A stretch of 64,000 bases of DNA from Amoebophrya sp. A120 (GCA_905178155.1 CAJINV010000002.1:1795216-1859215), one strand, 5' to 3'; shown: positions 1 to 13,500, counted from the first letter of the stretch. Program-made: numbers and translations. Notes: a model not told the origin generated them from the letters alone.

Positions 1-1166
1 TCCAACTCGTCGCCCTTAACCACCTATCAAATGTAAAAATGTCTGGGTCTGGAAGAATGCCAGGTTTGTCATGCATATTTTGCATGACACATGATGCCTG
101 TAATGCGTGGCCTAGCATCACAGATTTTGAGAGGGCTTTCTGGTGCGTATTCCGCATGAGAAATGCCCTCTCCGCGTAGCACAAACTGGACTCCTTTTGC
201 TGGTCATGCAATACAGACTTTTTTGGAATCCAAACACAGCATCACAAGTTGCAATCTCCCAGACCCAGACATTTTTACATTTGATACCACCGGCACCACG
301 TTTTCCGGGTGCTGCTGCTCGGAGAGACAATGTCCCTCTGGGTGGTCCGCGTAATCCGGGGCCTCGATGTAATCCGGCATCTTGACCTATGCATTGCAAA
401 TATGTCTGGGTCTGGAAGGTTGCAACTTGTAATGCTAGCTTTCCATACCTAGTAAATCTGTATTGCATAACCTACAACAGTCGCAGCCTCTTTGTCTTTT
501 GTTCATACAAACAACTTCTCATGCGGATTGCCCATGAGAAACCGTTCTGGAAGGTTGTCATGCTAGGTTGGATTCGGGACTGTTTCCATCATCCACATTT
601 TAGCATCAGAAGTTTCCAGACCCAGACATATTTGCAGTTGATATCACCTGTTTCATCACCTTCCCGGGTCTCAGTTCCCCGCTAAAAACATACTCCTTCG
701 GTCTCCTTCTCACCCGCCCTGGGGCCTCCCAATACTCGGGCTCTGGTTGCTTTTTCCCCATTTTCTTCTTCGCGGTGGTTATTGTAGTCGCTGACGTGGC
801 CTGCTCGGATGATGGGTTATTTTTATCGCCGTTACTTGGTGCAGCTGCTGGGGTAGGAGGTTGTGTCGGTGCTAAACCCAAAACGTTCATGGCCCAGTCG
901 TCGAATTTGAGAACTTCCTCTCCATCCTCATTGGTGTCCCAATACGCGCCGCGGAGCTTCTTGTTCCCCTTCTTTTTCGCCTTCTTCTTCGCATTTTTTG
1001 ATTTTTTCGCTGCGGAAGGCTCGGCGTCTTGTTGATCGGCGGTTGGGTCGGTGGGAGCATCGGCTGCGATTTTTGCGTCAGTTGCTGCTGCCACATCTTC
1101 CATAACAACATCTTCTGCTGCCGCGGGGTCTGGCTTCGCCGTTTTCTTCTTGCCGGCGGGAGCCAT
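1..1166 (-). CDS. METAP1: Methionine aminopeptidase type 1 (5' part; continues past the window start), 2 introner introns
   Basis: Splicing out the introners at 388-643 and 25-286 gives YVFSGELRPGKVMKQ|VKMPDYIEAPDYADHPEGHCLSEQQHPENVVP|VVKGDEL, which resembles the eukaryotic MetAP1 linker (Y.TG.LRP...PDYADHP.G.S.SEQ). Both introns can be read as GT-AG using the TSD. Confidence 0.85.
25..286. mobile_element. Introner family A
   Basis: TIR TATCAAATGTAAAAATGTCTGGGTCTGG; TSD CCACC. Confidence 0.9.
388..643. mobile_element. Introner family A
   Basis: A-type TIRs; TSD TGACC/TCACC. Confidence 0.9.
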
Positions 1167-3754
1167 TGTGTTTTATAGTTTTGGTAGGCGGGTGCGGGTG
1201 GAAAGCACGGGTATAATAACGTTGAGGAGGCTAGCAGCTTTGGGGGGCGATGAATTATACAAAGCACTTCCTTGTTTCTATGCTCGGAGACACAATAAAA
1301 GATTCCTGTTTGTAGTTATGGACAGAGCAGGTATGTAAGTACTTGTTAAACTTAAAGCTTAAGAGTGAAACAAGAAATAACGGTCTCGTAGGAGCTGATG
1401 AAACATGTGTAGTTGCTGTGCCATGTCAAGGGGAAAGTGCCATCGAGAGCTTCCTCGCGGTTGCCGAGGGACCTGAGTGCGGGTGGTGGCCGCAGTGGTG
1501 TGCCCGAATTCAATCTATCTACCATAAAATCTGCGGCGACGAGCCTCAGATGCCACAATTCTACCCACGAAGGAAGAACACTTTCTCTTTACGGGAAAAC
1601 ACACCAACGGGCGCTCCTGGCGCGTCACAGTGCGAAATTTGGTTCGACTGATCCAGGGGACTGGCATGCCGCCGCCGCCACATTGATTGTTTGCAGCGTT
1701 TGCCAAAACGGCAATCGGTGAACTACCAGAGCGCCACACGGCACCGGCGCGCGGCTCCCTGAAAATACCTGTGGGCACGGGGACCACCATTGCCAGCCAA
1801 GGAGGGGCGGATGGCCCTCGCTCCCAGCGGGGCGGCCGGCTGGGTGGGAAACACAGCACGGGCGCCGGAGCGAAAATACACAAAACAGCTGCCTGCGGCC
1901 ACGCACGAAGGTAGGAAGAAAATGGGAAGCGGCAGGGACAGCAAAGGGCGGGGGCGCGGAACGGGCGAAGCCCCCAGCGGCCCGCGCGCACCCGGCCGAG
2001 GGAGCCCCCGCCGGGCAGCCCATGCGCTGCCGGGCGTGGGCGCGACACGGAACGGGCGTGCCCCGTTTAGGGTTTCCGGGCTCGAGAGCCTGCCGCGCCG
2101 CGGCTGCGTTTTTATCCTGGCTTCTGACAGGGGCGTCTGGTTCCCTACCGCTGGGATGGCCCTAAATTCCGGAGATTTGAAGGAGACTTTCCTCATTGAT
2201 TCTCGGCGACCCGGGTGGTGCTCCCCCTGCTGCACTTGCAGGCCAAGCAGGAAGATCCTGCGGAGAGGATTTCCGCAAGATACCCGTGGCGCCGCCGACC
2301 CGCGCGCCATCAGGTAGCCCCGCGGCCCGCGCGCCCCGACAAAGGGCGGGGGGGCGGACGCAACCCATTAAGGGGGGGGGGGCGCCCGCTGCCAAAACCC
2401 GGCCGGCGGGCCGCGCCTGCGAAGGCGGGACCAGGGGCCGGCGCGGGCGCCGGCAGGATAGGGCAAGGCCGGCGGCACGGGCCGCCGCCTCTTGGGGCAA
2501 AGCGCGGGACGCCCACGAAGCTAGCTCTGGAGCGTGCGGGGCGCTTCGGGCCTGGTCTTGGTGCAGGCCGCTGCTCTTGCCGAAATCAAGAGCCTTCATC
2601 TTCGTTCGCCCCCCCAGCCACAAAAGCCGGGCCGGCCGCGCGCGCCGCGCGCCCTACCTTGAGCGGCCCCAGGCGACACACCCCCCCGGGCCGATGGGCG
2701 CAACAACTGCGCCGCTACGCACGAGGGAAGGCACCTCCAGAGCCCGCCCGACCAAGCGGCAAGCGGCGCCCCTTTGGAAAGCTGCGGCCGCCCATCCTCC
2801 ACAAGGCTGCGGCGCCCGCGTCAACCGTGTTGGCGTAGCGGTGTGGCGGCCGCATCTGCCGCCGGGCCTTCTCGGTAAAAGATGCCGACTGGCACTGCGC
2901 CCGCGCGGCCGGCTAGCGTGCGGCGGCGCCACCGAAGGCAACAGCCGGGCCCCCGGCCGACGCCGACTGCGGCCGGGCCACAAATATACGGCCGCCCTCC
3001 AACATCCATGGCCGCCGCCTATTATCGCCGGCCGGCAGGAGTTTCTCCGTTGGTTTGTTTAGGGAGTGCGGGCCCCCACCGTTTTTCGCGGCGCCGGGCT
3101 TGCGTCCATCCATGCCTCCTGGGCCCGGCGGCGCTGGGAGCCCACGCAACCCTTCCCGGCGCCGGCCTTTCACCCTATGCCGCTTCCTTGTGCTTTCTCG
3201 TCGGCGCCGTCAGACGAGGCGCCCCGAGGGTCTGCCTGCTTGGTTACCGCGGGCCGCACCCGGCAGGCTGGCGACTGCCACCTGTCGACACGGCAAGGCC
3301 GGCGCGCGGCGCCGCCGCGGCGGCCCGGCGCTAGGAAAGCGCACGCGGCACAGCCCTCGCACTGGGCGCGGCCCCGGCACGACGGACACGGCGCCGGCAA
3401 GCGGGCGCGGCTATTCTTATGCCAACGCACGCCGGCGCTCTATGAGCCAGCCCAAACACAACTAAAGGGGGACAATGAAAAAAGTTCTCGGCTAGTACAA
3501 TCGTGGCGCGCGTCGCTATTCCGTCCTCCAGCTTCGCGATCGTCGTCTAGTTCGCAGAAATTACCTTACGAACGATCTTTCAGACAAATTTGGTGCCGCG
3601 GAACACTGAAAAAGATCGTGCGTTCATTCTTTCATCCAGACGTCAGAGCAACAGGATTTTTCTCATCGTCAAGAACAGGTATTTTTCTGTGTACACAACT
3701 ACACAAGCAATTCAATTTTCTTTTTGAGCACGTCTAGCAAGGATCGAGATCGAC

Positions 3755-6504
3755 TCAAGCTTTCATCCTGATTTTTTCCATCATTTCTGCAATGGAAGTG
3801 ATTTTCACGGCTAGTTTCTCCACTTTTTTCCCCTCTTCCTCTTCCACTGCCTTCAACCTCAGCCAATCGTCGAAGTCAGTTACCGGTCCATCTACCATGC
3901 TGGTACCAACTTGTGATGCTTCTGCAGGATGAACTGGACCTGTTTTTGTCATGCGGGAAGATGTTGCAGTTGTTTCATTTCTATCTAAATACGCCAGCAC
4001 ATGCCCACTTGTTTCCGCCGCATCAGGTACGTTGGACGCGATCGTGCCTCTCGGTCCCCGTTTCAACCACCCGGCGCAGAAAACGTTGTCAAAAACATGA
4101 CCCTTGTTGTTCTTTAACGGGCCGAGATCTAATGGGCGTGGTGGGACTTCTGCGACGGCTGCAACATCAGCCCCTACTCGTGTTGTATCCTGCTCAACAC
4201 TACTTTTCTCCTCAGAAACGGTAGCTGCAGTGTTGACATGGTACGGCACCAACTCCTTGTCGAAGGGTTCAAATCCGAACCCGACCGACTCGAACACCCT
4301 ATCCACGCCTTTCAACACCAATTCGTCACTTGCAGGAACCGCCTTCACAACAGCTGGATCAGATGTTGTTTCCATCTCTTTTACCACCAACTTCGTTTTC
4401 AAGTATTTCAATTCGTTTTTGCTCTTATCATATCAAATGTAAAAGTGTCTGGGTCTGGAAGAATGTAAACTCGTCATGCAGATTTTCCATGACCCATGAG
4501 GTCTGGAATGCGGGACCTAGCATGACAGACTCTGTGAGGTCTCTGCCATGCCTATCCTGCATGAGAAACTCCCTCCCAACTTGGTCAAAAGTGAAAAGCT
4601 TTTGGCACTCATGCAACACAGATTTTCGCATGCTTCAGATTTACCATGACAAGTTGCCAGCTTCCAGACTCAGACATATTTGCAATCCATATATCAAAAT
4701 CCACCGGCTGCGTTAAAAACTTCAACTGCAAAATCGGCTTTTCCCTCGTTCCGACCGGTTCCGAGTCCTTTACCGACAAGCTTTCCCAGTTTTTCACCAT
4801 TTCCTCCAAAATTTTCATCTGCCGCTGTTTCATCTTGGATTTTCCCAACTCTTGCTTCGAAGTCTCATCCATTGAATTTTGGAAGTCAACAGGATCAATC
4901 ACCGTCGTGAAAAGCGAAGGATCCGCGTGTAATAACTCCCGTAATTCCTTCGTGCCGAATTGGTTCTGCACCGCACCTCTTCTTCCCGTGATGATAACGT
5001 GCGCAACATTCGACTTCTCAATCGCGTCCCGGGTTTCCTCAATGATATCGGAGTGAATTACTTGTGGTGCTTTGGGGGATAGCAACATTCGCGCGACGTC
5101 TAGGGCGACGTTGCCCAGTCCGTTGATCACGATTTTACTGCCGATTTTTTGTGAAGAAGAAGAAGATGCAGTTGGAGGTACTGGCGATTTTTCCGAGGTG
5201 GACTCACTTTCCACAGGAAATCCGTTGTACTCCTGCACAAAACTGTAGGCGTCGACACTACCCGGTATGCTGGTCTTTCCAAACTGCGCGCCCGTCGCTA
5301 ATACCACGGCGTCGTAGTTTTCTCTCAGTTGAGACAAGGGGAGGACGAGTTTGTCTTTGTTGTCATGCGGGTTTATCTTATTCGCAGCGCTGGAAGGAGT
5401 TGCTGAGGTGCCTGTAATTGTTGAACTCTCAGAGGAGGTAGAGGATTTCGCCGCATGATCGGTGGAAGAGGGGAAAAAAGTCGTGTACACCCGATCGAAG
5501 ATCGAAACTAAAGTATTTTGGATCACGTTGAAGTCATCAGGAGCGCCGTTGTCTTTTGTGTTCCCAGTTCTCTCGCATGAGAAATCTTCTCGATTTATTG
5601 CTGTTTTGGTTTTCGCATGAGAAGTTCTCAACATATCTCCGACCCACACGTTTCCGAAATACTTGAAATGCTGCTTATTTTTCTCAACGACCTCCTCGAA
5701 ATCATTGATCACGTTCTTCACCTCCGGGTGATCTGGAGCGACGCCGTAACGGACTAGGCCAAAAGGAGTGGGGAACTGGTCAAACATGTGGATGTTGATT
5801 TGTGGTTTAATCATGCGGTCACTACTTGCAGTGTTTCCTTCCTTGCCCTTGTTCGTAGAACCAGGTGCAGCAGCAGGAGTATTTCTCCGCAACAAAAATT
5901 TCGCTGTGTAGAAACCAGCCGGCCCGGAACCGACAATGGCAACGGTTTTGGCATTTTTTGAAGCGGCGTGGTCAGCAGCAGCTCCTGATGTCGCTGTTGC
6001 GGACGCAGCTTGATGTTTTTCGGTAGAAGTCCCTGTTGCTGTGGAAAAGAACCTCGGATGATTGGTCCAGCGGGGACGATGCTGCTTTGTTGAGGTTGAT
6101 ATCAACTGTAAAAGTGTCTGGGTCTGGAAGATTCTGACACTTGTCATGCTCGTTTTGCATGAGCCCTGATGTCTGTGATGCATGCCCTAGCATCACAGAT
6201 TTTTTGAGAGCTTCTTGATGCCTATTCCGCATTACAAATGCCCTCTCCGCGTAGCAAAAATTACATTCCCTTTGGTACTCATGCAATACAGATTTTTTTG
6301 GAATCCAAATGCAGCATCACAAGTTGCATTCTTCCAGACCCAGACATTTTTGCACTTGGTAGTTGATGAAGCAGCTGCCGACGTTCCGGTGAGGCACGGT
6401 GCTATATGCAGCTTCAACAAGCTTGCTGCACAACAACTTCCGCCGCGTTCTAGCCCGATCATCCTGACCGGACCGCCTGAGCAAATCGTGATTGCTGTTG
6501 CCAT
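3755..6504 (-). CDS. FDXR: Mitochondrial NADPH:adrenodoxin oxidoreductase (ferredoxin reductase), 2 non-canonical introner introns
   Basis: Motifs VAIVGSGPAGFY, PFGLVRYGVAPDHPEVKNV, INGLGNVALDVAR, GRRG and GWLKRGPRGTI. Frame is restored across 6100-6361 (AASS|TSTK) and 4431-4691 (VDFD|KSKN). Start ATG at 6504 (acaaaaATG) is inferred. Confidence 0.92.
4431..4691. mobile_element. Introner family A
   Basis: TSD TATCA; no GT-AG possible. Confidence 0.9.
6100..6361. mobile_element. Introner family A
   Basis: TSD GTTGA; no GT-AG possible. Confidence 0.9.
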
Positions 6505-6946
6505 TTTTGTGTCGATAGTGATCTCAATCTTTATTTTGAAGACCACCCGTGTGTGATGAAGATAAACAAAATTAAACGGTCATAAGGCTCTCTGGCGGAA
6601 AGCTCGGGCTGGGCAAAGATATTGGAACGAGAAATAAAGACTGATGCTGATCAAGAACGGTGAAATGAATTATTTCTTTCGTTGTCTGAGGGGCTGAGAA
6701 CTGTGGTCTGGTCGAGATCATCAAAGTAGCCTTCGAAACGAACTTCTTATGTTTGTGATGCCCCGCAAGAAGGGTCATGAGCTTCACAAGGAAAGGATCG
6801 CTGAACAAACCTCCTTTTGATCATCAGCATAGCTCTTTCTTTTCGTGCGCAGGCACGGGGAACGGACCCTCTCGCACGCCTTCAAGAACAAAAAGTCACC
6901 AACCAGCGTGGCAGGAGTACGCTTTTCTGTCTGCTGCAATTACATG

Positions 6947-7095
6947 TTAGAAATTCAAATTTCACTTTTCGCTATTGAGGCTAAAATTACTTCTGAAACT
7001 GTAACTCATTCATTTGTTAGCGTACTCGTGCACGCGCAATATAGTTGCCTCTGCAGCTTTAGCTTTTCTAGCAAACACACAGTTGTACTAGCGAA
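6947..7095. repeat. Repeat of about 150 bp, copy 1 (downstream of the CaaX gene)
   Basis: Shares TTACTTCTGAAACTGTAACTCATTCATTTGTTAGCGTACTCGTG with 9160-9319. Confidence 0.8.
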
Positions 7096-7105
7096 TTCGT
7101 TCCCG

Positions 7106-8488
7106 TTACATAATGACGCAGCGGCACATTTCTTTGTCTACTTGTGCCACCCGTGCCTTCGTTTCTTTCAGTTCCGCCTGGATTGTGTCAACTGTAAAAA
7201 TGCCTGGGTCTGGAAGAATCCAACTAGTCATGCTGATTTTGGCTTCTAAAATAAATCTGTATTGCATGAGCAGCAAAGAGAGTCCAAGTTTTGCTACACG
7301 GAAAGAGCATTTGTCATGCGGTAGCGGTATAGGCATCAGGAAGCCCTCACAAAATCTGTGACGCTAGGGCATGCATCACAGACATCAGGAGTCATGCAAA
7401 ATGTGCATGACAAGCCTGGCAATCTTCCAGACCCAGACATTTTTACATTTGATAGATTGCATCCATCTTCGCGTCCATCTTCGCCTCGAGCTATCCTTTT
7501 TCAAAACGTCCCCACACCAAAGTTGTCATGCACATTAGCAAGCACAGGAGCATTTGCGATGCGCATTCCCAAGAGAGGCAATTCCAATCGTGTTCTGGAA
7601 CTTGTAATGCTGTAAACAGGATGAGGAGATGGATGTGTTATGCGGATTCCCTTGCTAAACTGCATTAAACTACAACCTGCAACTTGTCATGCGTGACTCG
7701 CAAAACTTTCAGCTTTGTGTTGCAAAATTTCTATCTTGACTCTGGGGCGGAAACGTTTTTCCTCACAATACGAGCTTGTTGAGCTTCTCCACCAACTGGT
7801 TCCCCGCCGTGGCCGCCTCTGCCACGCTCCCCAGCCCCGCTTCCAACCCGCCGATGCGGAGCGCCGTCTATTGAGAGGAAAAATCCCCCCTCCCCATATC
7901 GAAAAGGTATGCTGCCGATAATTTGTGATGCAGATTCGTGACCACAATTCCTGTCTGTCTTGCGAGAAGACAAGGGCAGAAGCTTCCGCCCCATTATGGA
8001 AGCGATTTATCATGCCGCTGGGCCTAGGGGGCCGCCGTTTGTAATGCTAAACAACTAGAGCCAAGCGCCAGTGCCTAGGCTGAGGATCTGGCTGCGATGC
8101 CTTATTGCAAGACAGCGCGCATTTGGGTACGGAAATCCAGCATCAGAAACTTCGTTTTGATATGGGGAGGGGGGATTTTTCCTTTTGATGCCGTCGTTTC
8201 TACGTTCACTGCAGTTTCCTGGAGCTTCAAGCTTACGGCACTTGGATCAATCGCCTGGCTCAGATTCGCAATCGCCATGTCTAGATTCGCCACGGTTGCG
8301 CACAACGACTTCACGTCCTGGTGCGTCTGGATCACCCGGGGCAAGCTGCTGACCCCGCACTCGGCTCTATTGACAAAAAGGCCACTGGCGTGCCTATGCG
8401 CTACGCCGTTTTCTTTCGCCAAGATGTCACCCGCGTGACTGAGGTCGTTGGCACTCAGGAACGCTGTTGATCCCGGAGCGAGTGCCAT
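7106..8488 (-). CDS. Small coiled-coil protein with C-terminal CaaX motif (CRCVIM), 3 introner introns
   Basis: Spliced product ...NVETT|ALRIGGLEAG...EKLNKL|EAKMDAKMDAI|QAELKETKARVAQVDKEMCRCVIM*. All three junctions are in frame after removing element plus TSD. Confidence 0.8.
7186..7454. mobile_element. Introner family A (opposite orientation to 25-286)
   Basis: TSD GATTG. Confidence 0.9.
7492..7770. mobile_element. Introner family B
   Basis: TIR TAT..AAAACGTCCCCAC; TSD CGAGC. Confidence 0.85.
7869..8190. mobile_element. Introner family C
   Basis: TIR ..GGAAAAATCCCCCCTCCCCATATC; TSD CCGTC. Confidence 0.85.
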
Positions 8489-9159
8489 TTTTTTTGTCGC
8501 GAGACACGCAACGGCAGAGGACAGACAAAATTTGATAAATTAATATGAGAGTGCTGAAAAATGAAACTCTGGAAATCTAGACTCTGTTGGTTACCTATTG
8601 TGAAAAATTTTCCGGCTCGTTTCCCTCTTGCACAGCAAAAGTTTGCCGGTCAAAATATCGCAGCGTACGGCCGAGGACGGAAGCCAGGGGGTCACGCGGA
8701 TATTAGTTTGCGGCTGAAACAGTAAAAGAGTAGTTGTGGCTTTAAACTTCTGAGGTAGCTTGCCATAGACGAGCTCTACGAACCACGATGCGTTTGCACG
8801 CGCCCGAATTGTCGCAAATGATTTGGTCACAGATCACACTGAGAGCTTGTGCCAATATCCATTTATGTCGCATACGAACGAGTTTCTTACATCTCTCGTG
8901 GAAGACCAAAGCCGACTATTATCATCCTCATCAGATGCTTATGGACCGTGGATCGGCGACACCGAGCAGAGGAGGTTGACCGTTCGAAATACCGATGAAA
9001 TTCGAAAAGTTAAAACAAGCAACGCACTCAATGCTCAGGACGAATGATCCCAATCTTGTTCTTCACAAACCGAAATAAAAGTACAACAGCAGTACCCAGA
9101 GTGGCGCCAAATGGAGACGCGAAAGGGAAAGCCTTTCTCGCGCCGCCCTATCACTGCAT

Positions 9160-9319
9160 TTAGAAATTGCAATTTTACTTTTCGTTATTCAGGCTAAAAT
9201 TTTTACTTCTGAAACTGTAACTCATTCATTTGTTAGCGTACTCGTGTACGCGCAACATAGTTGCCCCTGCAGGTGGCCAGCTCCAGCTTTTCTAGGAAAC
9301 ACACTTATTTACTAGCGAA
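9160..9319. repeat. Repeat of about 150 bp, copy 2 (downstream of the PMP3-like gene)
   Basis: Direct, slightly diverged copy of 6947-7095. Confidence 0.8.
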
Positions 9320-9469
9320 ACAGAGACTTATTTTCGAGAAACAAAACATTTTGAAGGTTGAACAAAAAAAGTGCTAAATTTTATCATTTCGAGGAACAGG
9401 CTTGCCAGTACAACTATTTTTCCTCACCAACTATAGTAGGACAACTGACATCAACAACAGCCATTTTCC

Positions 9470-9961
9470 TCACTTCGCCTCCTCTGTCGCCCCGTAATTA
9501 GTACTCGCCACCACCGGCGCCCCGACCACCGCTTCCCCGCCCCACATCTTCTGACTATCTCCCGGCCCCCACAGTAGGCACACGTAGAAGTTGCCGAGGA
9601 ACGGAACGATACCGGAGGAAACCGCGCAGAACAGGTCGACAATGCCGTCACATCCCTGCCAGGTAAAAACCGCAACAACCGGAAACCAAAACCGGCAACA
9701 CTGGTCTTTCGGGTGGCAGAAGCAGCAGAGGTACTTGGGCTCATCTGTTGTTTCCACCGCGAAAATTTTCTGCGGGCCGGGGGACCAGAGGAGGAGACTG
9801 TAAAGCCAGCCGGCCGCGCAGTTGGTACAGAGAAACGCGCTGATGATGATGGCAGCCGGGTCATCGCAACCCTGCCAGGCCCAGATTGCCAGAGTTGGAC
9901 AGAAAAACCGGCAGAAACAGGTGCGTGGATCGTAGAAGTCGACGACCGCCTTGTCGGACAT
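9470..9961 (-). CDS. Cys-rich small membrane protein with two tandem PMP3/RCI2-like proteolipid repeats; intronless
   Basis: 163-aa ORF with an internal repeat CRFFCPTLAIWAWQGCD...LLWSPG / CRFWFPVVAVFTWQGCD...LLWGPG, and a C-terminal NYGAT. Confidence 0.7.
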   Translation of the reverse strand: MSDKAVVDFYDPRTCFCRFFCPTLAIWAWQGCDDPAAIIISAFLCTNCAAGWLYSLLLWSPGPQKIFAVETTDEPKYLCCFCHPKDQCCRFWFPVVAVFTWQGCDGIVDLFCAVSSGIVPFLGNFYVCLLWGPGDSQKMWGGEAVVGAPVVASTNYGATEEAK

Positions 9962-10502
9962 CTCGTGTGGATTTTCGTAGCTTTAACAGTTCAGCTTTCA
10001 AGTCATGGCAAGGCTCTGTTGTAATATCAGCATTTTCTACAGCTACTTTTTTTTTGGTGGAAGTTTTTTTGGAGCAGTTGGATGTTATCTAAAGTTACCA
10101 GCAATCTATGGGTGTGCTGGTGCGTATCTAGTATTTGATGGCGAATTTTATTCGCGAAATTTTGATGACCGTCAACCTCCACATCACTGTAACTGTCGCG
10201 TGCTCACATCACTTTTGCATGGCCGATTTCCGTTTAACGCCCCTCTCTTTTCCCTTCTCGGTTTGGTTTCGACGATATATGAGTAGTTCGCTGTACGTAG
10301 TACTAGCAGCACAAAAGGTAGTACTTGTAGATAGAAGAAGAAGAACAACACCCGATAGGCTTGGTTGGCAAAAAGCTTCTTGCGTGGAGTGTCAATGCTC
10401 TTTGCTTCTTGTTCTTCTTCTTTCCAAGTCGATCATCCTGCAGACACAACACTAGACCAAGACCTCCACTATTGACCCACCTCTAGTTGTCCAGAAGAAA
10501 AA

Positions 10503-13500
10503 TCACAGTTCCAAGAAGTTGTCACTCAAATTTGACAACGACCGCAAACGACTGACGTCGTCTTTGCGCACGTTCTTCGTCCTCCTATCCACGACCACCT
10601 CGCCCGTCGGGCCGCGCACGACAAATTTTCCCTTCGTGATCTCCACGGTGCAGAGGGTTTATCAACTGCAAATACGTCTGGGTCTGGAAGGATTCAACTT
10701 GTGATGCTGTCTTTCGATTGTGCATAAAATCTGTACTGCATGAACAGCGATAGAGGTCCAGGTTTTACAACATGGAAGGGACATTTCTCATGCGGTATGG
10801 GCATCAGGAAGCCCCGTAAAGTTCTTTGATGCTAGGTCATGCATTATAGGCGTCATGGGTCACGCAGAATATGCATGACAAACCTGGCAATCTTTCAGAC
10901 CCAGACATATTTGCAATGCATAGGGTTTCTTCGTCGCCGACTTTGAAGATGCCAATGGGCGCGGACTCCGGGAAGTCGACGATCTGTGATAGTAAGGTGA
11001 TTTGTTGCTTTTGAAAATCTCTCATGCATAGACATGCATGTGAAACGCGTTCTGTCATGCATATGCGGCATCACAGTAGCAGTACCTTGATCCCTTTCTT
11101 GTCCCACAGCTGCTTCAAATTTTTCCTCTCCCGTAGCATCCGCTCCCCCTCCGCGTCAAAAGCCGAAGCGATAGCCGCAGTTCGCTGTTTGCTAAACAAA
11201 GACCCGGGGTTGTTTATTTCGTCGTCGTCGATCGTCAATTCGTTCTCATCATCCTCGTAACTGATGATGTTTGGTTTTTGAATTTCCGGGTTATCGATGA
11301 GGTATGGGTTGGTGTTCCACTGGGTTAATGCCCTTTGCAAAACCAAATCCACGTCTTGATTCGTCGTGCAGTCGGAGGGGATCACGGTTTTTTTGTCGGG
11401 GATCCTCGGATCTGCTCGGAGCTGGAGGAGGAGGGACACGGCGGGCTGGGTTGATTTTGGTGTTTATGCGTTCTTGGAAGACAAAATGCATGGTGCGAAC
11501 GAGACTCATAGCTGTGTTATGCAAAACCAAAAGGAAAAGATGCATGACAGAGACAGAATAAAGCAATGTCACTTCTATACCTTGTTGTTATATTTCGCGG
11601 CCCACCAGAGCGCTGTCCGCTGCATTCCCGATTCTCGAGTGTTGACCTCTGCGCGGAACTCCACCAAGAGTTTGATCAACCCAACCGAATCTTTTTCCTG
11701 CACCCAGGCGGAGTTCGTTCCGTGCCGGATCTTGTGCATGGCAAAAGTATCTGTATCGTTCTAGCAGAAACTACTGCATCACAAATTTATTCATAATGCT
11801 CAAATGGAAAAGTGAAATTTGTCATGCAAACAGACCAAAGAGCACATTGGTTTGTCATGCACAGACGCAATCAGTACAACATAAGCACGACACTTTTGCA
11901 ATGCATAGATTTTGTGCTTTATGAGGTAGATCAAGGGCGTTTCCCCAATGCCGTGGTTCCTCGCGTTCGGGTTGAAGCCGTTTTTCAGCAGGAATTCTAC
12001 CACCTGATACGCCTTCTGCGCTTGAATCCCGGAGAAGATCGCAGTAGAATTTGAGGCGACCTCGGCGTACTGCTCCACTTTCAAATGTTGCGTGAGCTCG
12101 TGGAGGAGAATGCGCACGACGTTCACGTTGCCAAAACGGCAGGCCTGATAGAGAAAGGTGGATGTTCTTGGGGGTTTGTTCAAGTGAGAATGTGCGGTTT
12201 GTCATGCACGACTTCATTCGATCGTGATTGCACAGAATGAGAGGAAGCAGAGAAGATTTTTTATACCTCGTGAAACCGCTGGCGCTGCGTCGCCGACGGT
12301 GCATGTGGTTTCTTTTTCTTCCCTCTAGAAGGCCCCCCGTCGGGCTCTACGATCTGCTGCTCTTCTTCATAGAGGTTTTCCGCCGTTGGCTTACTTGGTT
12401 TTGAAGGTTTTTTACTCCTCTGCTGTATTCTTGATGGTAGATCGTGAGGACTCCTTCGGTTTCCGCCGGATGACCTCGAGTTCGGATGATCGTGCTCAGT
12501 CGGTGGCACCATGGTGCTCGCCATAGACTGGTGGTCGGTGCTCGCTATGGTCTCCTCGTCTGTCGTATGCGACATCGGGAAATGGTCGACGAAAGCGTCT
12601 TCTACTCCACCCGGCGGCCCAGGTTCTCTCATGTGCCGGTATCCGTCGCAGAGGTCGCTGACTTCAAAGATGTCCTCAAGATTCGCAGCGAGGTTGTTGT
12701 TTTCCTCCACTAGATCTGTCATCTTTGTATGCACTGCAAAAGCATCGCGCTCGTACTAATCGAAATCATGCATGACAGATCTACCTTTTTACGCGAATCG
12801 GCATTTTTGCAAATTCAATTCTACTTCATGCTTCCCAAATTTGTGATGCGATTTATACTAGTACGATACTCTTGCAGTGCATACTTGGCCCGCTTCGACG
12901 ATGATGATTTCGAAGATTTGCTAGTGCTTGAGGAAGAACTCGATTTCGATTTACTCCTCTGCAAAGGGGGTGCTCTGTTTGAAGATCCCCCTGGAGGTGC
13001 CCTGTTGCTCCGCCTAATCGCCGCGGTGGATCCGCTGAGTGACTGTTGGAAGGAGAACTCCTTATCATAGTCGATCGAATTGTCCTGGTCTAATTGGTTT
13101 GTCATCACACTGTCAGTAACCAAACTGTCGGATTTGCTTCTTCTTCGGGAAGAATTAGACGCAGAAGCTTTCGAGCTCGACCTTGTATTGCTACCGGTGC
13201 CACTGCTACTACCGCCTTTATTCGACGTAGAAGTTGTACCAGATTTCGAAGCTTTCCTCGCGGCAGAAGCACTACATCCGTACTGTTGTTCTACTTCTCC
13301 CATTATCAACTGTAAAAATGTCTGGGTCTGGAAAAGTGCAACTTGTCATGCTACATCTGAATCATACAAAAATCTGTGTTGCATGATTACGAATAAAGCT
13401 GTTCACTTTTGAGAAGGCCGAGTAGAGGCAGTTTGTCATGCGGAAAAGGCATAGTAAAGGTCTCACAGAATCTGTGATGCTGAGGCATGCATCACAGACC

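Noticed and set aside
1723-3737. Long overlapping ORFs (up to 288 aa) in the GC island
   Set aside because: Multiple frames are open because of high GC; composition is R/A/G/P-rich with no domain.
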